Of a stretch of DNA of 64,000 nucleotides, positions 46,548-55,652 are shown piece after piece; position 1 is the stretch's first letter, and every line of letters begins with the position of its first letter. The notes under the pieces are model-generated. The model ran no database searches and was not told the origin of the DNA. It saw nothing but the letters and a program-made list of their open reading frames with translations. This stretch comes from an uncultured Candidatus Saccharibacteria bacterium (GTDB lineage: Bacteria; Patescibacteriota; Minisyncoccia; Phycocordibacterales; CAIRYW01). The stretch is taken from positions 6,283 through 70,282 of the forward strand of contig CAYUPH010000001.1 in assembly GCA_964446625.1 (NCBI GenBank). Direction: 5' to 3'. Both the position numbers and the translations under genes were made by a program.

Positions 46548-47018
46548 TTACCAAGCAAAGTGCGCGAACGCTTTGTTGGCTTCTGCCATTTTGTGAGTGT
46601 TTTCTCTTTTTCGTACAGCTTCACCTTCGTTCTTGTTTGCTGCAATAATTTCCTCAGCAAGTTTTAGGTGCATAGGCTTTCCTTTTTTAGCTCGAGCCGC
46701 CTCAATGATCCATTTCATTCCAAGGAAATTTCGTCTTTCAACTCGTACTTCTCGAGGAACTTGGTAGTTTGCTCCTCCCACTCGTCTACTTCGAACTTCC
46801 ATAAGAGGTCCTGTGTTTCTGAGGGCATTTTCAAAAATCTCAAGAGGATTTTCTACTTTTAGCTCGTCTTTGATAACATCAAAAGCTCCATTAACAATCT
46901 TTACGGCAGCGTTTTTCTTTCCGCTTTCCATAACATAGTTAATAAACTTTCCTACCTTGTCAGACTTGTAAACAAGGTCAGCTCCAGCAATATTTCGATT
47001 TTTTACTTTTCTTCGCAT
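46548..47018 (-). CDS. rpsG: 30S ribosomal protein uS7
   Basis: EVRSRRVGGANYQVP, HKMAEANKAFAHF. Confidence 0.98.
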   Translation of the reverse strand: MRRKVKNRNIAGADLVYKSDKVGKFINYVMESGKKNAAVKIVNGAFDVIKDELKVENPLEIFENALRNTGPLMEVRSRRVGGANYQVPREVRVERRNFLGMKWIIEAARAKKGKPMHLKLAEEIIAANKNEGEAVRKRENTHKMAEANKAFAHFAW

Positions 47019-47070
47019 TTTTTTGTGTAATTATTCTCCGATTTTTCGGATACTCCACTTTGATAATAAA

Positions 47071-47487
47071 TTATTTAGCAGCCTTAGGTCGTTTTGTTCC
47101 GTAGTTACTTCGCTCCTTTCGTCGCTTGTCTACTCCGGTACAGTCGAGTCGTCCTCTTACGATTGTGTACCTTAGTCCTACATCTTTTACCTTTCCTCCT
47201 CGAAGCACTACTACTGAGTGTTCTTGTAGGTTGTGTCCTTCTCCAGGAATATAGGCAGTTACTTCCATTCCGTTTGTAAGTCTCACCCTTGCAATCTTTC
47301 GAATCGCAGAGTTAGGTTTCTTTGGAGTCTTTGTTGTTACTTTTGTGCACACCCCTCGTTTAAAAGGTGAATTATATAAAGTTGGTCTGTTGTGAAGTAC
47401 ATTAAAACCACGTCGAAGCGCCGCAGCTTTTGGCTTTCGTGCTTTTGTCTTTCGATTTCTTTTTACTAGTTGATTGATTGTTGCCAT
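47071..47487 (-). CDS. rpsL: 30S ribosomal protein uS12
   Basis: [31 protein letters not shown]. Confidence 0.98.
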   Translation of the reverse strand: MATINQLVKRNRKTKARKPKAAALRRGFNVLHNRPTLYNSPFKRGVCTKVTTKTPKKPNSAIRKIARVRLTNGMEVTAYIPGEGHNLQEHSVVVLRGGKVKDVGLRYTIVRGRLDCTGVDKRRKERSNYGTKRPKAAK

Positions 47488-47554
47488 AAATTAAAATACG
47501 CTCTAAAAGCGCTCCCCGTAATTTACTATATTAATAAAATAAAAGCAAGGTTTC

Positions 47555-48163
47555 CTAGAAGCCTCCGATCAGTAAATCAAATATCTTTATAATGAGAGGC
47601 GACACTAGGTCCCAGAGGAAGAAAATAAAGATAATGATGTAAATTAAGCCAAAACGCTCCATGTGACGGCGGAAACCTTCCCCTCTTGTACCCAACAGCC
47701 CAAAAAGCACCTTTGATCCGTCGAGTGGTGGCACTGGCACCATATTGAAAACAGCAAGGACAATGTTTATAAGTATGAGTTTTCCCACAAATTCAACTGG
47801 TAGCGACAGGCCACTTTGAAGTCCAAACCGAAGAAGAAGTGCAAAAAATACGGCTAGAAAGATATTTGAAAGAGGTCCCGCAAAAGCAACGATTGCCTCG
47901 CCATACCTTCTATTCCTTAGATTATAAGGGTTTACTGGGACCGGCTTTGCATACCCAAATACAAGACCACCTGGAAGAAGTGCCAAAATAATGGGCAATA
48001 TGATTGAGCCCCATAAATCAATGTGTTTTAAAGGGTTTAAAGTAAGCCTTCCTGCGTATTTTGCAGTCTTGTCACCAAGAAGAAGCGCTGCATACCCGTG
48101 AGATATCTCATGGACGACAACACACATTACTAAGACTAAAACATCTAAAAGGTTGATTCCCAT
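47555..48163 (-). CDS. Site-2 protease (M50, YwhC-like)
   Basis: HEISH, RLTLNPLKHID, AGPLSN, FNMVPVPPLDGS. Confidence 0.93.
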   Translation of the reverse strand: MGINLLDVLVLVMCVVVHEISHGYAALLLGDKTAKYAGRLTLNPLKHIDLWGSIILPIILALLPGGLVFGYAKPVPVNPYNLRNRRYGEAIVAFAGPLSNIFLAVFFALLLRFGLQSGLSLPVEFVGKLILINIVLAVFNMVPVPPLDGSKVLFGLLGTRGEGFRRHMERFGLIYIIIFIFFLWDLVSPLIIKIFDLLIGGF

Positions 48164-48208
48164 ACGCACATATGATAGCATAGCCAAATCAAGTTTTAAA
48201 TAAATATT

Positions 48209-48448
48209 ATGAAAGTTTGCCCAATTACACAAAAAGGTTCACGCGTCGGAGGTCGGTATTCAAACCGAACCCGTGCTACTCAGTACAACCCTTGCGGAAA
48301 AGTACGACGACAGCCAAACCTACAAAAGAAAAAGGTTTTTGTTCCTGAACTAAACAAAACAGTGTCTCTTGTGATTTCTACAAAAGCAATCAAAACCATC
48401 AACAAGAACGGAGCTTACAAGACTCTCAAGAAAGCAGGACTTATCTAA
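48209..48448 (+). CDS. rpmB: 50S ribosomal protein bL28
   Basis: MKVCPITQK, RRQPNLQKK, ISTKAIKTI. Confidence 0.88.
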   Translation: MKVCPITQKGSRVGGRYSNRTRATQYNPCGKVRRQPNLQKKKVFVPELNKTVSLVISTKAIKTINKNGAYKTLKKAGLI

Positions 48449-48450
48449 CA

Positions 48451-48490
48451 AATAAAACAAAAGCCGCCCCTCTGGGGCGGCTTTTGTTTT
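48451..48490. terminator. Bidirectional terminator
   Basis: AAAACAAAAGCCGCCCC-tct-GGGGCGGCTTTTGTTTT. Confidence 0.85.
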
Positions 48491-49365
48491 TATTTAAAAA
48501 AACTTTCTTTTCTCCACATCTTCTCTCCATCTGAGATAAATGTAATTCTCCCCTCTAGGTCTGTACGCAGTACAGGAACACCAGCTTTTTGAAGAGTGTC
48601 CAAAACCTCTTTATGTGGGTGCCCATACCGATTATTTTTTCCACATGAAATCACTGCGAACTCCGGATGAACTGCTTCTACATACTGAGGAGTAGTTGAA
48701 GTGCGCGACCCGTGGTGCCCTGTTTTAAGTATTGTTCCACTAAGCTCATTTGATACACTTTCTATTTGAACCAAGTGTCTTTCTACTTGTGCGGTTGCAT
48801 CTCCCTGGAGGAGTACACTCGTTTTCCCGTACACAAGCTTTGCAACTATGGACCCATCATTTGAAGAAAGACCTGACACATCTTTGTCAGGGAAAAGAAT
48901 ATCGATATATACCCCCTCCTCTGGGTCAAGTACAATTCTTTGCCCACGACGAGCAAGAATCTTTTCTGCTCCTTCACTTTTTATTTTTTCTTCCACAGCA
49001 GCTGAAGTTGGTGTAGGGTTTTGGGTGCCCGGGTAGAAAACTTTTTCAACATCGTATCGATCAAAGACAGAGACAAATCCCTCAATATGATCCTTATCTG
49101 GATTTGTAATCATCGCTATATCAATCTTTTTATCAAAAGGCATCATTACTGCCCCGAGTTCTCCTAAAACTTCTCTTCCTGGCCCCGCGTCTATGAGCGC
49201 ATTGGCGCCATTTGGGGCTTCAATAAAAATAGCATCTCCTTGTCCAATATTTAAAAAAGAGACTTCGAGATTTCTCTCTCTTTCTTTGAATGAAATTAAG
49301 ACGAGACAAACCGAAAAAGCAAAGAGTAGGACAAAAACAAAAGTAACTAAGACTCTTTTTTTCAT
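48490..49365 (-). CDS. Stand-alone ComEC-type metallo-beta-lactamase domain protein
   Basis: FLNIGQGDA, LIDAG, TNPDKDHIEG, NDGSIV, LKTGHHGS, ISCGKNNRYGHPH. Confidence 0.92.
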   Translation of the reverse strand: MKKRVLVTFVFVLLFAFSVCLVLISFKERERNLEVSFLNIGQGDAIFIEAPNGANALIDAGPGREVLGELGAVMMPFDKKIDIAMITNPDKDHIEGFVSVFDRYDVEKVFYPGTQNPTPTSAAVEEKIKSEGAEKILARRGQRIVLDPEEGVYIDILFPDKDVSGLSSNDGSIVAKLVYGKTSVLLQGDATAQVERHLVQIESVSNELSGTILKTGHHGSRTSTTPQYVEAVHPEFAVISCGKNNRYGHPHKEVLDTLQKAGVPVLRTDLEGRITFISDGEKMWRKESFFK

Positions 49366-49424
49366 AATATTTATTATACATGAGCGTGCTATAATGAGGT
49401 CGTTTACCACTTAATACGAAAAAT

Positions 49425-50018
49425 ATGGCATTTGAAATTAAAAAATTCTCTCTTCCTGAAGTACCCGGAATTTCAGCAAAAACTTTAGAAGAGCATATAA
49501 AACTTTATGAGGGCTATGTCAAAAACGCTAACCTGATTGAAGAAAAAATAAAAGGTTACAAAGAAACAGGTGAGGACAGCTACGCTATTTCAGAACTTCA
49601 AAGACGATTTGCCTTTGAATTTAATGGAATGCGAAATCACGAATACTATTTCGAACAGCTCGAAGGAGGAAAATCGGAACTTTCTAGTGAGAGTCTTCTA
49701 GTGAAACAAATCGAGAAAGACTTTGGAAGCCTGGAGGCATGGCTCGAAAGTTTTAAAAACCTTTGTCTCACGAGGGGTATTGGTTGGGCAATTCTTTGGT
49801 TTGATAAGAGAACAGAGAAGCTTGTACAAGGGTGGGTAGACGAGCAACACCTTGGACACCTAGGAGGACTTGAGTTTATTTACGGAATTGATATGTGGGA
49901 ACACTCTTACCTTTTTGATTACATACCAGCTGAAAAGAAAAAGTATGTTGAAAGTTACCTCGCGACTACAAATCAAAAAGTATCTGAAGAAAGATTTCAA
50001 AAAGCTCTAGGAGCTTAA
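49425..50018 (+). CDS. Fe/Mn superoxide dismutase
   Basis: EEH, YVKNAN, NGMRNHEYYF, GIGWA, IDMWEHSY. Confidence 0.93.
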   Translation: MAFEIKKFSLPEVPGISAKTLEEHIKLYEGYVKNANLIEEKIKGYKETGEDSYAISELQRRFAFEFNGMRNHEYYFEQLEGGKSELSSESLLVKQIEKDFGSLEAWLESFKNLCLTRGIGWAILWFDKRTEKLVQGWVDEQHLGHLGGLEFIYGIDMWEHSYLFDYIPAEKKKYVESYLATTNQKVSEERFQKALGA

Positions 50019-51521
50019 GTTTTCTGCTCTTTTTCTAAGGAAAAGAAAGAAAAGAATAATAATGATATAGAGAAACACCATAACAGGAAGTGTGATTTTT
50101 AATTGAATCTGGGCAAAAGAAAAAGAAGAAAAAAACTCAGCGACAAAAACAATATACTTTGCGATTATGAGTGAAACAAAAGCAAACACTTTTCCAAGTC
50201 CCGGAATTCCTCCACACACTCCAAGAAATATCCCAGATATCATCACAAAAGGTATGATGGGAAGAACAAGAAGATTAGAAAAGAGCGCAAGAGTAGAAAC
50301 AGTGCCAAAAACGAGAAGAAGATAGGGGTAAACAAGAAGTGAAACCGAAAGGGTGTCTGCGACAATCTGGCGAAAAGAAAACTTTTCGGGAAAAAAGAAG
50401 AGGGTGGTTTTTAAAACTGGAGAAAGTGAAATAACAGCAAAAGTTGCAAGGAACGACAAAATAAAAGACGTATTCCATAGCAAAATAAATGGCGACCAAA
50501 ACACCATAAGAGCACAAACAAAGAGAAGCACCTTTACTGTGCTTACTTTACGGATATACATTTTTGACAAAATAATCACCCCCGCCATAAGAGCTGACCT
50601 AACTATGGGTGCTCCCCCTCCTGTTATAAGGGTAAAGAGCAAAATACCAAGAAGCGAGAAAAAGATTCTTTTTCCTCTTCCAAACCGCGAAAAGGCTACT
50701 GCTAAAAACGAGACAACTAGTGCAATGTTATATCCAGAAAGAACTACAATATGAACGAGTCCACTGCGAACAAAATCATTTTTAACATTCTCACTAATCC
50801 CTCCCTTTCCTGCAATCGTCATTCCAGAAACAAGCGAAGCGTATGGCTCCGCCAATAAATTTTCTATGTGCGACACAAAAGAATCTTTTGCTTTAAAAAG
50901 AAATGCCAAAACCGGATTACCTACAAAAATATCCGTCTCTTCAATTTGAGGAAAATAAAAAGAAAAAAGAATGTCTTCCGATTTTGAGATATTGTCAAAA
51001 AAGACTATGTTTCCCGTCTCTTTACTATTAAAGTTTTCTATATTCTGTATATTTCCACTTAAAGCATACAAGTACCCATACTTAAACTCATCTGTACCCT
51101 GTACTGTCGCCCTAACAAGAAAAGGTGCTCTCACTACAAATACTCCATCCTTCTTTTCTTTTACAACTTTTAAAATAACACTTTTTCCACTTTTACTTCC
51201 ACCTAGTTCCTGAACAAACGAAGCACCCATTTCAACAGGTGCCTCAGAGAGAAACTCACTCTCTCTTTTTGAAAAGTTGTTTTTCTCGTACTCTGCTCTT
51301 ATTGCTCCAAGAGAGGCGAAAAATAAAAAAAGAAAAAGAAGAGAAAGAGCACCCTTCTTACCTATTCCTTCTTCTTTATAACTTCGGTAACAAAGAAGAA
51401 ATGTAGCGAGACAAATGATTCCAAGAGCGAGAAGTGAAAAAATTGAGAAGTAAAACAAAAGACCTGCGCCCACTCCGACAATAAATCCGAGCGTCGCACT
51501 ATATACCAGAAATGGTTTCAT
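50007..51521 (-). CDS. comEC: ComEC/Rec2 competence membrane channel (no MBL domain)
   Basis: SGLVHIVVLSGYNI, PIVRSALM, SFILSFLAT, many TMs. Confidence 0.92.
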   Translation of the reverse strand: MKPFLVYSATLGFIVGVGAGLLFYFSIFSLLALGIICLATFLLCYRSYKEEGIGKKGALSLLFLFLFFASLGAIRAEYEKNNFSKRESEFLSEAPVEMGASFVQELGGSKSGKSVILKVVKEKKDGVFVVRAPFLVRATVQGTDEFKYGYLYALSGNIQNIENFNSKETGNIVFFDNISKSEDILFSFYFPQIEETDIFVGNPVLAFLFKAKDSFVSHIENLLAEPYASLVSGMTIAGKGGISENVKNDFVRSGLVHIVVLSGYNIALVVSFLAVAFSRFGRGKRIFFSLLGILLFTLITGGGAPIVRSALMAGVIILSKMYIRKVSTVKVLLFVCALMVFWSPFILLWNTSFILSFLATFAVISLSPVLKTTLFFFPEKFSFRQIVADTLSVSLLVYPYLLLVFGTVSTLALFSNLLVLPIIPFVMISGIFLGVCGGIPGLGKVFAFVSLIIAKYIVFVAEFFSSFSFAQIQLKITLPVMVFLYIIIILFFLFLRKRAENLSS

Positions 51522-51525
51522 GGAT

Positions 51526-52233
51526 TTAGCTTAAAAAGTCTCTTTTGATTTCTTCTTCTTGATCTGCCGAAAGAGCTTTTTTAAAACGAACACCGCTTTT
51601 TCCTTTCACTCTGTCTTCACACTCCTTCCATGTTTTATGTACTTTTATTTCTCCACCTACTAAACTGACATATGAGTACGCTTTCCCACTTCCTTTTTTT
51701 TCTTCTGTTTTTTTTGCAAATGTATCAGGCACAGTGAGACTCACTTTATAAAAAGCTGCGTCACCGTAGTAAAGATCTGCTTTTTTCCCATCAGCGAATG
51801 TTGTTGCGATTTCGTCGCATCTCTCATTTCCTTCAATTCCACTGTGCCCTGGAAGAATTTTCCAAGATACTGTCATTTTAGGAAGAATCGCATAAATCGC
51901 TTTCCATAAATCTTTATTTAAAACTTCACCTCCTTCTTTTGTTCTCCAGCCACTTCTGCTCCATCCGGGAAGCCACTTTGAAGCACCATTTGCTAGATAA
52001 CTTGAGTCAGTACAAACTAAAACATGCGCATCAAATTTCTTCTCCTCCAAATATGACAGTGCCTCTAGCGCTGCTTTCATTTCCATGCGATTGTTTGTCG
52101 TATTTTCCTCTCTTCCACCTAGCTCAAAAACTTTTCTTTCATTTCCGTTTTCTGTGTATACAATGGCACCATACCCTCCCTTCCCAGGATTTCCTCTCGA
52201 TGCTCCATCGCTAAAAATAATCGCTTTTTTCAT
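51526..52233 (-). CDS. rnhA: Ribonuclease HI with C-terminal hybrid-binding (viroplasmin-like) domain
   Basis: FSDGASRGNPG, TTNNRME, TDSSY, GHSGIEGNERCD; tail HKTWKECEDRVKG...FKK. Confidence 0.95.
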   Translation of the reverse strand: MKKAIIFSDGASRGNPGKGGYGAIVYTENGNERKVFELGGREENTTNNRMEMKAALEALSYLEEKKFDAHVLVCTDSSYLANGASKWLPGWSRSGWRTKEGGEVLNKDLWKAIYAILPKMTVSWKILPGHSGIEGNERCDEIATTFADGKKADLYYGDAAFYKVSLTVPDTFAKKTEEKKGSGKAYSYVSLVGGEIKVHKTWKECEDRVKGKSGVRFKKALSADQEEEIKRDFLS

Positions 52234-52240
52234 GAGTGTA

Positions 52241-53962
52241 TTATATGTGAGAAACGACAATATCTAAAATTCGGAGCCTCACACTAGCGGCTCCAAAAAA
52301 ATCACGCTCGAGGTGTCCAACAAAAGAAAAACTTTCTCCCTCTTTTACTTTCTTTACCAGGTGTTCAGGAGCAAAAAATGCTATCGCAGGAAGAGGCCTT
52401 GAAGACCGACTAATCATCACCTTAAGATGGTTTTTTTCCTTTCCAAAAAAGCTAATATTTTCCGCGAGGGCATTTTTTATAAGAAAAGTCGGTTTTTCGT
52501 TTCCTGTGCCAAACGGAGCAAGTTTTTCAATTTCAACAAGTACACGGTTGTTTATATCGTCAGGAGATAAAACAAAATCAACAAAATTTTCTCGCGCACT
52601 TTTTTCTTCACTACCTGCTACTGCAAAAGCTTTTTCAATTTCCGCATCTAGTGTATGAACTGCATCATAGGAAACAGAAAACCCTCCTGCTTGATGGTGT
52701 CCTCCAAAGTTTACGAATACCCCCTCTGGAACAGCTGACATGATAGATGTCACACTTACTCCTTCTACACCTCTACATGATCCTTTGAGTTCTTCCTTTG
52801 AACCTTCTCTTCCCCAGAGAAAGACCGGTTTCATTTCTTTTTCAGCAATTGAACTTGCAACAAGTCCAAGTACAGCTGGCTTCCATGTTGGACTACCGAC
52901 CACAATCACTTTATTTAAAAAGTGAGGCGAGTATTTGGCTTCTATCGCTTTTTTTACTTCTTTTGCCAGATACGCAGTTGTGCCTTTTCTTTCATTATTT
53001 GCTTCCTCTAGTTTGCGAACAAGAATCTCTGCCTCCTCCTCGCTTTCTGTTGTAAGAAGATGGAAAGCATCCATAGAAATTCCCATTCGGCTTGCAGCAT
53101 TTATGCGAGGTGCAATCATAAACCCTACGTCATCTTCAGTTATTTTGCTCTGGTTTATTTTTATCTTTCGGAAAAGTTTTTGAAGTCCTACTCGTTTTGT
53201 CCGTCGAAGTACAATGAGCCCATAATATGCAAAAATTCTATTTTCTTTTTGAAGAGGCACCATATCAGAAAGTGTTGCAATACCAACAAGATCAAGGAGC
53301 CACTTCTCTTTTCCTTCTGGGATACCAAACCTTTCTTTTTGAAGAATTGCTTGTACCACTTTGAAAGCAACTCCAGCGCCACAAAGCATTTCATCTTCAT
53401 ACTCTGGCGAAATCTTTGGATTTATAACTGCGTCCGCTGGTGGAACCCCTTCTGCGCTAACAAGATGATGATCAGTTACAATAACTGAAAGACCTTTTTC
53501 TTTTGCAAACTTTACCTCTTCTACATCAGAAACACCGCAATCGACTGTAACAAGGAGATCTGTTCCCTCTTCTGCAATTTTTTGAACAGCTTCAATACTT
53601 AGCCCAAAACCTTCTTCTGCCCGGTCCGGAATGTAATTAAAAAAATTATTCGCCCCTGCCATCTTTAGAAAATCATGAAAAACAGCACCCCCAGGAATAC
53701 CGTCTGCATCGTAATCTGAAAAAATACAAATTTTTTTGTTTTCTTTGATTGCGTCCACTATAAGCTCAACCGCTCTTTCCATCCCTACCAATTTGTAAGG
53801 ATCGAAGGTATTTTCATAAGATGGTGAGAGAAAAGTTTCAGCATCTTCCAAAGTTTTCATCCCTCTGTGGTAAAAAAGATGAGCTAAAGTGTCTGAGAAT
53901 CTGCGAAACATCTCTCTTTCTGTCTCTGGAACACTTTGTTTTTCTTTGTACTCTTTTAACAT
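52241..53962 (-). CDS. recJ: Single-stranded DNA exonuclease RecJ
   Basis: SDYDADG, TVDCG, TDHH, LCGAGVAFK, APRINAASR, GSCR, FGGH. Confidence 0.96.
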   Translation of the reverse strand: MLKEYKEKQSVPETEREMFRRFSDTLAHLFYHRGMKTLEDAETFLSPSYENTFDPYKLVGMERAVELIVDAIKENKKICIFSDYDADGIPGGAVFHDFLKMAGANNFFNYIPDRAEEGFGLSIEAVQKIAEEGTDLLVTVDCGVSDVEEVKFAKEKGLSVIVTDHHLVSAEGVPPADAVINPKISPEYEDEMLCGAGVAFKVVQAILQKERFGIPEGKEKWLLDLVGIATLSDMVPLQKENRIFAYYGLIVLRRTKRVGLQKLFRKIKINQSKITEDDVGFMIAPRINAASRMGISMDAFHLLTTESEEEAEILVRKLEEANNERKGTTAYLAKEVKKAIEAKYSPHFLNKVIVVGSPTWKPAVLGLVASSIAEKEMKPVFLWGREGSKEELKGSCRGVEGVSVTSIMSAVPEGVFVNFGGHHQAGGFSVSYDAVHTLDAEIEKAFAVAGSEEKSARENFVDFVLSPDDINNRVLVEIEKLAPFGTGNEKPTFLIKNALAENISFFGKEKNHLKVMISRSSRPLPAIAFFAPEHLVKKVKEGESFSFVGHLERDFFGAASVRLRILDIVVSHI

Positions 53963-54037
53963 TTACCTATTATACTTCTTTTAATCTTCCTGCATTATTG
54001 ACTGTTGGTACCCTGTTTTGTATGGTACAATCCGCTT

Positions 54038-54451
54038 ATGGAAAACTGTATATTTTGCAAAATTATAAGCGGAGAGATCCCTGCTTTAAAGGTGTATGAA
54101 GGCGATCACACTCTTGCTTTTCTTGATATAAAACCAAATAATCCCGGACACGCTCTCGTTATTCCAAAAGATCATTTTGAGAATATTTATACCCTTCCAG
54201 ATGAAACACTTGCCCGAATGGCACTTTCGGTAAAAAAAGTAGCTCTAGCAGTAAAAGAGGCTGTCTCTGCAGATGGTATTAACATTTCAATGAACAACGA
54301 AGAAAGTGCTGGGCAAGAAATCTTTCATGCACATATACATGTCATACCTCGAAAGGAAGGCGATGGATTTAAACATTTTCCGACAACGCTCTACGAAGAA
54401 GGAGAGGCAGAAGATGTTGCAAAAAGAATTATTTCTTCTTTAGAAAACTAA
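54038..54451 (+). CDS. HIT family hydrolase
   Basis: CIFCKI, AFLDI, GHALVIPK, HAHIHVIPR. Confidence 0.95.
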   Translation: MENCIFCKIISGEIPALKVYEGDHTLAFLDIKPNNPGHALVIPKDHFENIYTLPDETLARMALSVKKVALAVKEAVSADGINISMNNEESAGQEIFHAHIHVIPRKEGDGFKHFPTTLYEEGEAEDVAKRIISSLEN

Positions 54452-55652
54452 AAATCTTCTGAAAAAAACTTTTTTCTTTTCCTAGATTGATTCGAGTCGG
54501 TTCAAAGACCTCTTTCTTTTTTGTTTGAACAAGTGCCTCAATTCCTGGCAAAGTGTCATAGAGAAGAAAATCAAGCATTGCCCCTCCTCCTGTTGATACA
54601 AAAGAAAATTTATCGAAAGCATTCATGTCGGAGAGAAGTGAAATTGTGTCTCCACCACCTACAATCGAGTACGCGTGTGAAGCAAGTATTGCGTCCACAA
54701 TTGACTGACTACCTCTTTTAAAACCAAGCTCATTTTTTCCCATAGGACCATTCCATAAAACAAATTTAGATTCGCTAATTAAACTAAAAAGTCGCCCCGC
54801 AGTTTTTTCTCCAATGTCGACAATCTTCTCCCCTACAGAAATTTTCTCTGGGTCTTTTGTTGTCGCAATTCCTTTGTAAGTAGCGACAACATCCTCTGGA
54901 ATCACAACTTTTGGGCTTTGTAGAATCGCATCCAAATCTACAGGCGTTTCTGAAACAAGAGATTCCCCAACAAAATATCCCTTTGCCTTAAACAAATCAT
55001 TTGCAAGTGCACCTCCAATAAAAACTTTATCTGCCTTTCCCATAAACTTTTCAACAAGCGGAAGTTTCGTATCAAACTTCGCTCCACCAAGGATAAAAAG
55101 AAAAGGGTGGTCGGGATCATTTACTTTTGAAAGACCCTCAATCTCTTCCTTAAGTTGAAATCCTGCAAATCCAGGAATAAACTTTGGTACCCCCACAATC
55201 GACGCATGTTCTCTGTGTGACACAGAAAAAGCGTCATTTACATACAAATCTGCTACACCTGCAAGCGCTTCAGCAAAAGGAGTGCCATTTTGCTCTTCCT
55301 CCTCAAAATGTCTGATGTTTTCAAGAAGCAAAATCCCTCCCTCTACTAGCGAATTAATCTCTTTTTTTCCTTCTTCAGAAAACGGACTATCAATAAATCG
55401 AAGGCGGGGATAGAATTGCGTGAGGTACCGAGAGACAGGCTCAAGACTCCCCCCCTCTTTTTTATCTATGTGCGACACCAAAATAACTTTTGCTCCTTTT
55501 TTTAGAAGAAAGTCTATTGTCTTCATTGATTTCACAATTCGAAAATCTTCAGTTACTTGCCCACCATCAATTCGCACGTTGAAGTCAACACGAAGTAAAA
55601 CTTTCTTCCCCTGAAGCGTAGTTACATTTTCTATAAATCTAAGATTTCTCAC
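54429..55652 (-). CDS. pgk: Phosphoglycerate kinase with C-terminal extension
   Basis: RVDFNV, LLENIR, VNDAFSVSHR, GGAK, VGGGDT, STGGGAML. Confidence 0.97.
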   Translation of the reverse strand: MRNLRFIENVTTLQGKKVLLRVDFNVRIDGGQVTEDFRIVKSMKTIDFLLKKGAKVILVSHIDKKEGGSLEPVSRYLTQFYPRLRFIDSPFSEEGKKEINSLVEGGILLLENIRHFEEEEQNGTPFAEALAGVADLYVNDAFSVSHREHASIVGVPKFIPGFAGFQLKEEIEGLSKVNDPDHPFLFILGGAKFDTKLPLVEKFMGKADKVFIGGALANDLFKAKGYFVGESLVSETPVDLDAILQSPKVVIPEDVVATYKGIATTKDPEKISVGEKIVDIGEKTAGRLFSLISESKFVLWNGPMGKNELGFKRGSQSIVDAILASHAYSIVGGGDTISLLSDMNAFDKFSFVSTGGGAMLDFLLYDTLPGIEALVQTKKKEVFEPTRINLGKEKSFFQKIFSFLKKK

